Assembly (NCBI GenBank): GCA_048013815.1
Contig: CM106586.1
Coordinates: 8,370,001-8,434,000, forward strand
Direction: 5' to 3'
Origin: Setoptus koraiensis
Lineage: Eukaryota; Animalia; Arthropoda
DNA: 64,000 nucleotides
Each line of letters opens with the position of its first letter. Position 1 is the stretch's first letter. Shown piece by piece: positions 11,245 through 23,110 of the stretch. Position numbers and translations under genes: made by a program. Under the pieces are notes generated by a model. That model made no database searches, was not told the origin of the DNA, and saw only the letters and a list, made by a program, of their open reading frames with translations.

Positions 11245-14200
11245 GTCTCGTATCCATTGTTATCTATTGCTCATGAAAACTAAATAATAATAACTTGCTA
11301 TATTCAGAAATGGTAAGGCCCTAACAATTATCGAATCCGTCCGCTCGACACACAGTTGCCAGACGGGCAGCTGTTTGTTGTCTATAAATGCCTACCTAAT
11401 TATCTGGTTGTTGTTGTTGATAAAGTTCATCCCAGTCAGTCGTCGAAAGAATGACAGGTGAACTTGAAACAAGATGATAGGCGCAATGATAATGAGTAAC
11501 TCGAGCACATTGCGTTGCCATTCAGGTTATCGCCATGTGTGATAGTTCAAGATTATATTCAATTAGTGCTTGCGCGTCTAGAGAAACTAAACAACAACAT
11601 TAATTAGTTTATTTAGCTATTAATTGTTAGCTGGTCGTTTGCAGCAATCAATGCTGCAAATGTTTCATTGGAGTCATTGCACCTGTCTCATGGTGCTGAC
11701 GCTTCGAGAATTGCGCAATTGATTGCTGGCAAATAGCTTGCTGACAGTGAGTTTCGTATATCAGTTTGCTATTATTGTATCAGTTAGTAAAGAAAGTTTG
11801 TATGTTGAGCGTGAAAATACAGATGGATTGCATGATGATTGCACACAGTATAAAGTACACCCACAACACATAAACAAACAAACAATCACCTGTCTCTCTG
11901 TCTCTAAATTAATTAGATCAATTTGCGAGGGATGCAACGTGAGAACTCACATATACATGGGTATAATCTTGCATCGAGCAGGCTGCTGCTGTTGTTGTTG
12001 CTGTTGCTGTTGTAGGCAGCAAAATAGAATGCAATGAGGGAGAGAGTGAATAAATTAGTTTAATTTAATTACCGACTTGATGAGAGATTCAGACTGGCGG
12101 CAACTGCCAAGGAGATTTATAATGGAATGGATGGTTTATATGCTTATGTTTATAATGGTTGGTGGCGATAAAAGTTGCCAACTCATCGACAACGAATAAG
12201 CGTTTGTTGTTGATGAGCCTATGGGAGAGTCAGTGCAGCATGCAGCCGGAGAACGCTTCGAAAATTGGTGGCCGCCAGCCGAACGAAACTGCCAACGAAT
12301 GGCTACACTCCAAAAGAACTCCCTCTGCGAGCTGTTACCATTAGACGGATCTCAGCAACACTGCAATGCACAAAGTCAGCAAATAGACCCACAACTTGTA
12401 AGTTGGCCAGTGCCATGTGTGTGTCATCATATAAATTATTAGAGAGCAAAAGGTGATGAATAAAACAAGCGGATAATATGATATGAATAATAATCATTTT
12501 TAGTATTTTTATATACTGTACGGCACAGCTCATACACAGCGAAACACAGTATGCAGTTCGGCGAGCTGTCAATAAAATCGCCATCTCGTTTATCGTTTAT
12601 AGCTAGCTGATAGCTGTAGTGTTGTTGTTGTTGTGCCACTTTCACTAACTAGCTACACAACTAACCAAATAATAACATAGCTAGCTGGCTAACAGTAGAA
12701 ACAACAACAACAGCAGCAACAAATAATGATAACAATAAGAGAGAAATTGTTTTTATAGTGATGGTATTAAGTGTATAACCTTGCATCAGCAACAATAGAT
12801 TTTTCTCTCTTTCTCTCTTGTTGCTTGTTGTTTATACACTTGTTGCTGGCTGTTGTTTACATGACTGTTTGCGTGAATAGTCGGCCGGGCCGGCATCACA
12901 GCAGCACCAGCAGCAACGTATAATAATTGCAACAAGATGATTGATCTAGATACTACCAGCTCCAAGTGTTATTATTGTTACTATAGAGACAATTCGTGTG
13001 CCCGGCTGGCACATTGTTTGTACTTTTGGTTCGCAAAAGTGTATCAATGAGCGCAATTCAATTCACCTTGGCTGCCTGGCATATCGAGCCAGCGATATCA
13101 AGCCAGCAATATCAGAGCAGCGGTGATATTGTCAAATGAGCTGCACCACTTTACTATTCAGCGGCAGCAACAAACGGCGAGTAGCAACAAGCCAACGCAA
13201 CAACAACAACAACAGCAGCAACAACGGCAATCAAACTGAATATAGTAAATCAAATCATGGCAACAACAAATCGGATAAAATCTCATAGAATGGCACGAGA
13301 TTTGTTTTGTTTGTTTGTTTATTGCTTTAGCGCACTTATCGCAGCTTGTCAATGACAACAAGAGATGCCTCCACAATGGCATCGATCAGCTCTCGCTTCC
13401 GGTTGTTGCGCACACAATTCAGCCATGGAGGCGATCGTTTGCCAACGATCCTCTCCAGTCGCTTTCTCGATCCTCTGCCGTGCCTCTAATCCGGTTTGCC
13501 TGTGATTGATTGGCAAGCTGCATGGATCGTGCTAAATTTAGACAAGTTTGCCAACCAACAATCAATCAGGAAATTGGATCAATGTTCGTCGAGCGTTTAT
13601 TGTTTGTGATTTGCAATTTCTCATTTGCTCTCTCTCTCTCTCTCCATTCGACTTTTGACCTGTGACTTTTGATCGCCAGATCGACTGTTGCGCAACCACT
13701 GCGCTGTTGCAGCACTGGCACTGTCGCGTCACTCGCACCGTCGTATCACGGTCAATCTCGGCCCGTTTGCCACCTGTCGGATTCTATTGGCTCTACCTGT
13801 TGGACGTGAGTGGGCGCGTCGAGCCCGACAGTGGCAAACAGCGGACAACAGCAGATAGATAGTTGTCAACTGTCGCCCGTCTCAAATGGGACTGTGTGCC
13901 GGCCTGGCCCAACCGAACCGGGCTTGCTCGAGCGCTCGAACGCGCCAGACAATGGCAATGGCCCGACAAACAACAGAAATCTCTGGCAATTTCTTGTTCA
14001 GCGTGATGATCGAGCATTGATTAATCGGCTTTCACGTCTGTCTTTGTGTCTTTGTTTGTTGTTGGTCGCTCACAAGTAGCGTGCAGTGGACAGTACGGAT
14101 AAACAGCGGATAAACAAGCACACATCTTACCTGTTGGAGCTCTCGTGGCCGCTCTTGTCGCTGCTGTTGCCGGATACAATGTTGTGCGCGGACATCGCCG

Positions 14201-15008
14201 TTCGAGCTACCTGTTGGCGTTGCGGCTCGGTCGATTGGTGTGCTAGACAGAGCAAGAAATGAGAAATGAAAGTATTGTTAAATGTGTGTGACTGTGTTAC
14301 GACACACACACACACACGAGATAAAATGAACAAAAAGAAAGGATTTTGGGCACGAGCAAGCGGCCAGGTGAGCGAACGCAACACAGGCAGCCAATTGGGC
14401 AAACAATCGTGGTCAACACACTTGAGTGAGGTGCCTAACATGGCCTAACATGACGTAACATATGGCTGTTGTGGGAGAGGTCAACAGCGAACGTGCGGCA
14501 ACAGGTTGTCGGTTGTTTTGGCTCATAAGTGCTACTTTTGTCAAGTTTGCTGCGAAAGTGTGTGTGTGTGTGTCTGCAAAACACTGATTGATTATTGTGA
14601 TTAGTTATTTGTTCTTTTGTTTGGCCGTGTGTTATGTGACCAAGTGGCTTAATTGTTTGTGTGCAAAATGGCAAATGTCTCTCAAAATGCACTTGTCCCA
14701 TTGTGTGTGTGTGTGTGTGTGTGTCGCTTGTCTTTGTTGGCCAACACAACACATTGCGTGTCAATATTATCGCCGACAGGTGAGCCTACGCAACCGCAAT
14801 TGGCGATCGCCAGCCTCTGTGGGCCAGCCGAGCGATTCGCTGGGCGATTTCGTGCGTCGTTTGCGGTTGCGACTCGCGATCGGCGCCGTCACTCGGTCAT
14901 TCGGAAGCAGTGCAACATTGGATGAATAATACACAAATACGACAGCAACAACAACAACCACAACGACAGTACTAGTAGCAACAATAATGATAGATAAGAT
15001 GGGCAGCG

Positions 15009-17333
15009 ATGGCTCAACTTCACGAAGAAACAACCATCATCAACAGCAACAGCAGCAGCGCCAATGAGCAGCAGTATCAGGTGTCGCTAAAAGTGGCCAT
15101 AGCCGCCATACTGACCTGTTTGTTATTGCTCAAATTAAATAAATGGATAAAACAACGCAAGCGCCTAGTGGACACCATAGAGAAAATGCCCGGCCCGCCG
15201 GTGCATCCGTGGCTGCCCTGGCTGGGCCACACCATAGTGATTTTGTATTTAGATGGACAGAGTTACGAGTTTGGCACCTATGTGCTCATATATCAGATGA
15301 TAGCCGCCACTAATGTCGTTTATCCCGACCAGGGTATTTGTCGCATGTGGCTGGGCATGAAACCGTTCGTGTTGTTGTATTCGCCCGAGAACGTCGAGTG
15401 CATATTGTCGTCGGTGAATTTGATAGACAAGGCGTCAGAGTACAGATTCTTGCAGCCGTGGCTGGGCCACGGCCTCGTGACCAGCTCGCGCACAAAGTGG
15501 CGCCAGCGGCGCAAAATTCTCACGCCCGCCTTCCATTTCCAGATATTGACCGACTTTTTGCCCATCATCAACGACGAGGCCACCAAGCTGGTGGAGAAGG
15601 TGTTCAGACTGTGCGGCGAGCCGGCACCCAACGCGACGGACCGAGATAATGCGACAAACCGAGATGATGCGACAGACCGAGATAATGCGACGAATCAACC
15701 TAGCGCGACGGATAATCGATATAATGGCAAGCGAGGCTACTCGACGGACCTGACGCCGCTGATAACAATGTGCACACTGGACACCATTTGCGAGACCGCC
15801 ATGGGCATCAAAATCAACTGTCAACAGAGCGACCGCACGCACGAGTACGTGGACTCGTTGCACGAGCTGGGCGAGCTCATCTTGGTGCGCGTCATGCGCC
15901 CCTGGCTGTGGCCGGACGCGATATTTTACATGACACCGTCGGGCCGGCGATTCACCCGATGCCTGAAACGAATGCACAAGTTCACCATGGACGTCATAGT
16001 GAACCGGAAGCAGGCCTGGCAGCGTCAGCTCAACCTGGACAAGGCCGCAAATGGCGACCGGAAGTGCGCAAACGACAGCACCCTCGACGACATCAAGCAG
16101 TCGGGCTTCTTTTCGGAGCCGGGCCAAAACAGGCGGCTGGCCTTCTTGGACCTGCTGTTGCAGCAGCATTTGCTGGCCAACACGCTCACGCTCGAGGACG
16201 TTCGCGAGGAGGTGGACACATTCATGTTTGCCGTGAGTAACCCACATCCGCTCCGAACAGCCCAACCCAATTGTGCCCATAAGTACCCAATTCTGACCCA
16301 CCCTTCCGACTCTCCGTCCCCCCGTTTCCGACTTTTTTCCGATTCTACGAATTTCCGAATTTCCGAATTTCCGAATTTCCGAATTTCCGAATTTCCGAAT
16401 TTCCGAATTTCCGAATTTTCGAATTTTCGAATTTCACAATTTCCGAATTTTCGAATTTCACAATTTCCGAATTTCCGACCGATTTATTCGAAATAAAACC
16501 CAAAATGAACGCAAACGCAGGGCCACGACACCACGGCCATGGCCATCAGCTGGACGCTGTACATGCTCGGTCTGCACGAGGACATACAAGAGCGGATACG
16601 GGCCGAGGTGGACGCAATCATGAGCTTGGACGATTATGAGGATCCGGCCGACAGGGGCGTGCTCACCAGCGATGTCACCAGCGAACATCTGAGACACATG
16701 AAATATCTCGATTGCGTCCTCAAGGAGGTGCAACGACTCTGGCCCACGGCGCCCTTCATAGCGCGCCAAATAACCGAGGATGTGTCCGTGCGTAAGTGTC
16801 TCAACCAGCAGCGGGCCTCGCCTCGTTGGCTGCCATTACGTAATGCACAAATCGTTTGATTGGCCACCGTTTGTTTGTATCAATATTCTAATTGCTCTCA
16901 TTACTCTCATTGCTGTCATTGCTATTGCCGATATCATCAAATATACAAATCAAATATTGCAGCGGAGGGCTACGTCATACCGCGCGGGTCCACTTGTGTC
17001 ATTTTCACTCACATGCTGCATCGCAATCGCAAATACTTTCCGCGGCCGGAAATGTTCAATCCGGACAGATTCTTGCCGGAGAATTCTGTTGGCCGGCACC
17101 CGTTTGCGTACGTGCCCTTCAGTGCGGGACCGCGCAATTGCATCGGGCAAAAGTTTGCCCAAATGGAACAAAAGGTTATAGTGGCGAAATTCGTCAGAAA
17201 TTTCTACATCAAGGCGCTCGATCCGAGAGACAAATTGGTTGTTGTGGGCGAAATGGTTTTGCGCACCCGCAACGGACTCAACGTGCGGCTAGTGCCCCGT
17301 TACGAGCGCACGGCCAGCTCGGCCGCCCAATGA
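15009..17333 (+). CDS. Cytochrome P450, CYP4 clan; exons 15009-16232, 16521-16791, 16963-17333
   Basis: N-terminal anchor; WLGHGLVTS..KWRQRRKILTPAFHF (helix C); I-helix EEVDTFMFA|GHDTT joined across GT(16233)..AG(16520); KEVQR (ExxR); second intron GT(16792)..AG(16962) gives EDVSVPEGYVIP; PDRF; heme motif PFSAGPRNCIG. Confidence 0.95.
15630..15719 (+). repeat. 18-bp in-frame minisatellite (5 units) inside CYP4 exon 1
   Basis: aacgcgacggaccgagat / aatgcgacaaaccgagat / gatgcgacagaccgagat / aatgcgacgaatcaacct / agcgcgacggataatcga, encoding NATDRD-like hexapeptides. Confidence 0.9.
16348..16478. repeat. (TTCCGAAT)n 8-bp tandem array, ~16 units, in CYP4 intron 1
   Basis: Period-8 array read directly; it produces the spurious NFRISEFP tail of the 15009..16496 ORF. 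Confidence 0.93.
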
Positions 17334-18230
17334 GGTATCACTGGCGTACCCATGCCAACGATCACAAGTCAGATATCTGACGACATTAGTCTAGTCGGTG
17401 CGGCCAGACTTCAGGCGAGTTGCCGCTGAAAAGAGTGGCAAAAAATGGTCGCTGCGACGAAAACGAAGCTCATATATATAGCTCACATATGCGGGAATAT
17501 TTCAATTCTGAATAGAACACTATTAACGGCAACATTTAATTGGCTAACGGCGATGGATACATTTGGCACGGCTGTCGTAGTCTGGCTAGACTCTTGTTTG
17601 GTCGCTTGTTTCAGACACGAAACAAAGAGCAAAGAAAAGATGCAAAGTTGTCTGAATTGGCTTTTTTCGGCCACTCTCCCACAACCGGTGGCGGCAGCAC
17701 AAGATTGTATCTGAGTTATCAAGTTATCGTTGTATCAATTGTAAACACACCATCAACACATACGACTGTACAGTTTTTGCATCTATTGATGATGACATTT
17801 TTGTTAGAGAGTAAATAAGCTTGCTTGAGAGGAAGAATATAAAAAACAGCCACCGACAAGAGGGGCCGAACATGATTTATATCATTCGACGGAGCGTGAC
17901 GGCATCCACTTACTTACATAATAATTCAATTAGCGTCACCATTTTATCTCGTCAGGCACACTTTTGCTTCTTGTGTTTGCTTATATATTCATCGCCGCTA
18001 ATTGCGTTTCTTCGTCGTACTTCCATCAGACGGCACCAACCGAATGGCGATGGTCGGCCCCGTATCAAATCAGTTGTATGTTGTGCTCATTACGTATACC
18101 AATCCGCACAACAGATCCGGTTGCAACAATGATTGCGGTGATACAGTCCAACACGGCTGATATCGGCGGTTGTCGTCGTGATTGCATAATGATTGTGCGG
18201 CCACCGCACAAGCGACCATTGGTCATGTAT

Positions 18231-18324
18231 CAACAACAGCAACAACAGCAACAACAGCAACAGCAACGGCAACGGCAACAACAGCAACAACGACAACAGC
18301 GACAGCAACAACGACAACAACAAC
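18231..18324. repeat. (CAA/CAG)n compound trinucleotide repeat
   Basis: Direct reading; explains the polyQ/polyT/polyN pseudo-ORFs at 17964-18417. Confidence 0.9.
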
Positions 18325-20172
18325 GAGACGGGAGCACTCACATACGAACATAGTCGCATACCGACACGGTCGCATACTGACACGGTCGCATACTACTCAC
18401 AAATGAGCCAGGTATAATCAGCAATGAAAAATGATGATGAAATTTATATAGCTGCCGTGTGTAGCCGTCTAGGCAACTTGCCTACCTGTTCACCTGTTAT
18501 TCAAACAAGAATGATTATCATGATCCGGCGCTACAGAGTTGAGAGTGAATTAAAGCAGAGCCCTGCTCAAACTGTATATTAAACTACATAATGCTGATGG
18601 TGGCGTCATTAATTGAGCCCCCTTTGCCCGTCCATTGGCTGTCTGTCGCTGTCTGGGTCACTAACTGGGTGGGTAACAACAATTGTTGCTGCTCACAACG
18701 TCACACAACAACCGATTACGCAACAACGTATCATATAAATATATATATCTATTTTCCCATGTCTGTCGGGCGGCTGTCACCCAATATCACCCAGTATGGT
18801 ACACACTACGATACTGGCAACAACAGGTACATTAAAATACTAATGTTTGTCTTGCTGGCTGGCCAGTGACTTGATAACCGGGCGGCGGGCGGGCAAGGGC
18901 GTTGTTGTTGTGCATGGTTGTTAGCTCGCAAGTCAATTGTCTCCTCTTACCTGTAGTGCGAGCATAATCATAATCACCATATAATAACATGGCTTATTAC
19001 TAATATTAACCCATGGCCCAGCGCAATGTCAGCTAATGGAATGATGATAAACTCAACAGCAAGTGAACTTGTTGCTGGTTTGTTTGTTTGTTTGTTTGTT
19101 GTTCTCGTGAACTTGGTGTTTTCAACTATTGAACCAAAATACCAAAAATAATAATACGCAAATGATAATAATTGGCCACACAACAACTAACGTGTAGTTA
19201 TCTGCATATAGTTACACAACCGTTAGTGCAAACAATAACCGAAATGATCGTCATTTTTCACCAAAGCGAACGCTAAATCAATCATCTCACAGCGCTCTCG
19301 CTGACTATCAATAAAAACTAAACTACCAAGCGAACAGCTTTAATTGACACTTTATACACACTGCACTCTGTATACGAGTTACATATGACAGAGTGATTGA
19401 GATGCATAATCAATCAGAGTTGCTAACATAGGCATTATGTGATTAAATTGCGTAATCAAGTGCCAGTGAACAGCCCGGGGCTACACTAATTCATCGCGAA
19501 AAAAAAACAGCGATACATCATATGTATTCATGAACTGGCTTGCAAGTGTAGCCTTTTCGCTCTAATGCCCAACGGAACACTCTCTCGTATACTCATTCAA
19601 TATAAAATATTCATGTATCGCATTTCCTGAATCCGTGCGAGTTCACATTGGTATTATGGTGACGTAAATATGATCTAGACAGTGACGATCACAATCCGAC
19701 CAGAGCCAGCCCATCTCACGTCTACATTCACAGATACTATGGCAAGCTTGAAAATCAAACACACCATTAGACAAATCGCCTCTTCCTGCTGATGTGGCTT
19801 CCGTATCTGCAGGACAAGTCTACAGAATCATGATAACTGCTCCATAACTGTGATTGTGGAGCAATCATGATTTTATGGATATCGACTGGCATTAAGATTG
19901 TCGAATTGACTTTGTGAATTCACAGAGCGGCAAAAACAACAGCCTTATGACGCTCTCCGCGAGTCTAAAAATAAATTTATTAGAAGGTCGCGGGACGAAT
20001 CATGGTCGCTTGTTGCCCGTCGTTGGGGGAATGATTTTTACGTTTTGTTGACACAACAAAATATAAAATAATAAAAAGTTAGTCAGTGCGTTGGTGGTAT
20101 CTTGATCAACTTTCAATCCAATTATATCTGGCAACATTATTATCTTTATCGATAAGATTGCATAATCCGAGG

Positions 20173-20697
20173 ATGTTGTTACTACCATTCTTAGCTGTCT
20201 TAGGTGGCGTATTAGTGAAGGTGGTAAATTGTGAGCCCAATTATGATCCCGAAGCGCTCGAATCCATGCTCAATGGAATAATTGACTCTTACAAAACGCA
20301 TGGAAGTATTGCTATGACGCAACTAACTGATTGGGTTCAAAATTGGAATGATCTCCAATACTACGTGAAGGAAGGCGATGAGATTGCAATGAATGTAGCC
20401 AGCAAAAATGGGGACATGAACAGAGACATCCATGAGTGTCTAGACGCAATAAAAAAGAATGAGCACCTATGGTCGCTTGACGACAAAGAATATGAGGTTA
20501 TAAAGGAAAGTTCCCGATCTCAGATATCACCGGAAATGATCAAAAAGTCAGAAATTGTGCGTTCCGCTGTCGAGAGCATAAAAGCGTCGTGCAGGATATT
20601 GGACTGGACGCCATTTACCGATCTTACTAGAGATATAAACACATTCGCGGCAACGTGTCGAGTTGCTCTTCGTTTCTTCGACGATGATGATGATTAA
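20173..20697 (+). CDS. Orphan secreted protein, copy 1 (174 aa)
   Basis: ATG followed by signal peptide MLLLPFLAVLGGVLVKVVNC|EP. The frame is conserved with the paralog despite many substitutions. TATAAAA at 20062. No family recognised. Confidence 0.82.
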   Translation: MLLLPFLAVLGGVLVKVVNCEPNYDPEALESMLNGIIDSYKTHGSIAMTQLTDWVQNWNDLQYYVKEGDEIAMNVASKNGDMNRDIHECLDAIKKNEHLWSLDDKEYEVIKESSRSQISPEMIKKSEIVRSAVESIKASCRILDWTPFTDLTRDINTFAATCRVALRFFDDDDD

Positions 20698-21411
20698 TAC
20701 ATGTGGCTCGAGGTGCTCATCTACAGGGACGCGGAATCATGGATATACGCTGCGAGATATCGATGATTGCAAGAATATAAAGAGAGACATTCGACATTTG
20801 ACTTTGATTAAACTTCCTGCCTAAAACGTAATCTATCTACTAATCTGTCTGTATTATTATTAGGAAACTTTGGCTGCAGTTGTGAATGTTGTGCAAATAG
20901 AGCCGAATGCTGTATCGCTGAATCGATGGTGACGCTAGTGCCATTGGAACTTTGATTTTATTTTCATCAGTTTTCGACACAAGTTTTGCCCGATAAAGTT
21001 CCTCTGACGTGAATAAGATATAGACAGTGAAGATTCACATCCGAATAGAGCTTTCCTCTCTATAGTCTAGATTCACATGATGTTATGACTCACTTGAGGT
21101 AGGGTGGGGGGCAGGGTAACAATTTTGGATTTTCACAATTTTTCTTTTTCTCATTCGACGCCCCCTCTCGGTCAAAATCAAACACATCATCAGACGAATC
21201 CCTACTTTCGGTTGATATGGCTTCCGTTTCTGCCGGAAAAGTCTCTAGAATCGCGATTACTCTACAACTGATTGTAGAGTAACCATGATTCTATGGATAT
21301 TGACTGGCATGATGATTGTCGAATTGACTTTTAAAAGAGCGGTAAAAATAACAACAACGTGGCGCTCTATCCAAAGAGTCTAAAACTTAACCTATTAGAA
21401 AGTTTATTTTT

Positions 21412-21509
21412 ATGCACATCAATGTCTGGTCACATTCCAGAAATTCGTAGCCAAGGGAGATATGCTACAACATGTAAAATAGTAGAATAGCTAAAATATG
21501 TTGCTAGTG
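21412..21509 (+). pseudogene. Captured, diverged VPS33B exon fragment upstream of secreted copy 2
   Basis: 21423-21467 matches 23795-23839 at 40/45 nt; after a 9-nt insertion, aaaatagtag matches again. Absent from the equivalent position of unit 1. Flanked by agtttattttt at 21401-21411 and 21510-21520. Confidence 0.8.
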
Positions 21510-21686
21510 AGTTTATTTTTGGAATGGGACGAATCACTGTCGCTTGTTGCCTGACTTTTTACGTTTTGCATAACGAAATATAAAATAACAACTAAGCTAG
21601 TGTGTTAGTGATATCTCGATCAACTTTCAATTCAATTATATACGAAAACATTATTGTTACTATCGATTAGATTGCATAATACGAAG

Positions 21687-22214
21687 ATGTTGTTATTACC
21701 ATTCTTAGCTGTTTTAGGTGGCCTGTTACTGAATGGGGCAAAATGTGAACCCGATTATGAAGCCGACACGCTCGATGATATGCTAACTGGGATAATCAAC
21801 TCTTACTATAGGCATGGAAGTCTTGCTTTGTCGCAACTGACTGATTGGGTCGAAACTTGGGACGATCTCCAATACTATGTGAATCGAGGAGATGATACTG
21901 CAATAGCTGCAGTCAATTATAGAGCGGCTAGAAATTTAAATAGAAAGATCCGAGATTGTCTCGAGGCAATGAGTTACCATCGGCACCTATGGTCGCTTAA
22001 CGACAGCGAATATGAGGTTATACAGGAAAGTTCTCGATCTAATATATCGCGGGATATGATGAGAAGAATAGAAACTGTGCGTCGCGCAGTCAATTACGTA
22101 AAAAGAGAGTGCAGCGTATTGGACTGGACACCGTTTACCAATCTTACTAGAGATATCAACAGATTTGCAGCAATGTGTAGAACTGCTATTTGTTTCTTAG
22201 ACGAGCGTGAATAA
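21687..22214 (+). CDS. Orphan secreted protein, copy 2 (175 aa)
   Basis: Signal peptide MLLLPFLAVLGGLLLNGAKC|EP. Shares QLTDWV..W.DLQYYV, HLWSL.D.EYEVI.ESSRS and LDWTPFT.LTRDIN.FAA.CR with copy 1. TATAAAA at 21579. Confidence 0.82.
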   Translation: MLLLPFLAVLGGLLLNGAKCEPDYEADTLDDMLTGIINSYYRHGSLALSQLTDWVETWDDLQYYVNRGDDTAIAAVNYRAARNLNRKIRDCLEAMSYHRHLWSLNDSEYEVIQESSRSNISRDMMRRIETVRRAVNYVKRECSVLDWTPFTNLTRDINRFAAMCRTAICFLDERE

Positions 22215-23110
22215 TGGTTATGTCTAATGGCCACATGCACTGGCGTCTCAAGCAATATATGGCTGGAGGTGCTCATCTACAGGGACGCGAATCATGGATA
22301 TACGCAGAGAGATTTCAATAATTGCAAGAATATGAAGGAAGACTTTGACATTTGATTTTGATTAAACTTCTTGCCTGAAACGCAATCTATCTACTAATCC
22401 GTCGGTATCATTATTGGGGAACCCTTGCTGCAGTGTGATTGTTGTGAAAAGAGGGGCGAATGCTCGATCGCCGAATTGAAAGCGACACAAACGTTAATGG
22501 AACCTTAAATTTATTTTCATCAGTTTCTGGCACAAGTTTTGCTCGATAAAGTTCTTCGAATTGATTCTGAATCTACCTTTCTGTTGCAGCAACTGCTTGA
22601 CAGCACGGGCCTGATGTGTCACAAAACTCCCGTACGAAGCGTCGATTTTTTTTACGAGTCCCAGTTTTGAATAGACCAGAGATCTGATCTCATTTGGGAA
22701 TGTGAGATATGGTTAATTAACAATAATTATTAATTTGAATATGCGCGAGACATTGTGATGTAAGGATCACGTTTGCAATCACGCAACAATTTTTCACAGC
22801 TGTTAGCAGATGGAATCTTTTTGTGCGCGCCCTCAAGCGTTGCCTTGCAGAATTGGACATTTTCATGGCATTCAGATGCAGCATTCAAATCCATGTTCAG
22901 CATCGGCATGAGCCCATGTTTACAATGTAACATTTAATTGCCTCATTAAATTAATATTATTATTTATATTATTATCATTGGTGATCCGATATCGTACCGG
23001 CTACGCCATCATCATGAAATGAGATCATCATCACATAAAACTAAATTTTTATTATCAATTCAAACAGCCGGTCGACTGGCATCCAGCTGTAGGCTTCAAA
23101 CAGGCACGCA

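Larger units (their letters stand above)
19751..22554 (+). repeat. Tandem segmental duplication; unit 1 ~19751-21002, unit 2 ~21174-22554
   Basis: Colinear similarity from aaaatcaaacaca (19751/21174) to gttttgcYcgataaagttc (21002/22554), covering upstream DNA, CDS and downstream DNA. Confidence 0.9.

Noticed and set aside
15310-16301. Long antisense and alternate-frame ORFs over CYP4 (e.g. 15435..16301 -)
   Set aside because: Expected shadow ORFs of GC3-rich coding sequence; no recognisable motifs.
16348-16478. CRISPR-like array
   Set aside because: Contiguous 8-bp units with no spacers, eukaryotic intronic context and no cas genes.
16233-16496. C-terminal NFRISEFP repeat protein tail in ORF 15009..16496
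   Set aside because: Read-through of intron 1; GT-AG splicing restores the I-helix motif.
17964-18417. PolyQ/polyT/polyN ORFs, and similar ORFs at 29-31.4 kb, 58.8-59.6 kb (+) and 63.3-63.8 kb
   Set aside because: Stop-free frames are a by-product of trinucleotide microsatellites or antisense to real CDS; no domain or splice support.
22500-22933. Small minus-strand Cys-containing ORF (22730..22933) and an adjacent open frame near 22500-22713
   Set aside because: No recognisable family, no clear splice sites joining them, and the second frame runs into the duplicated 3' flank of the secreted gene.
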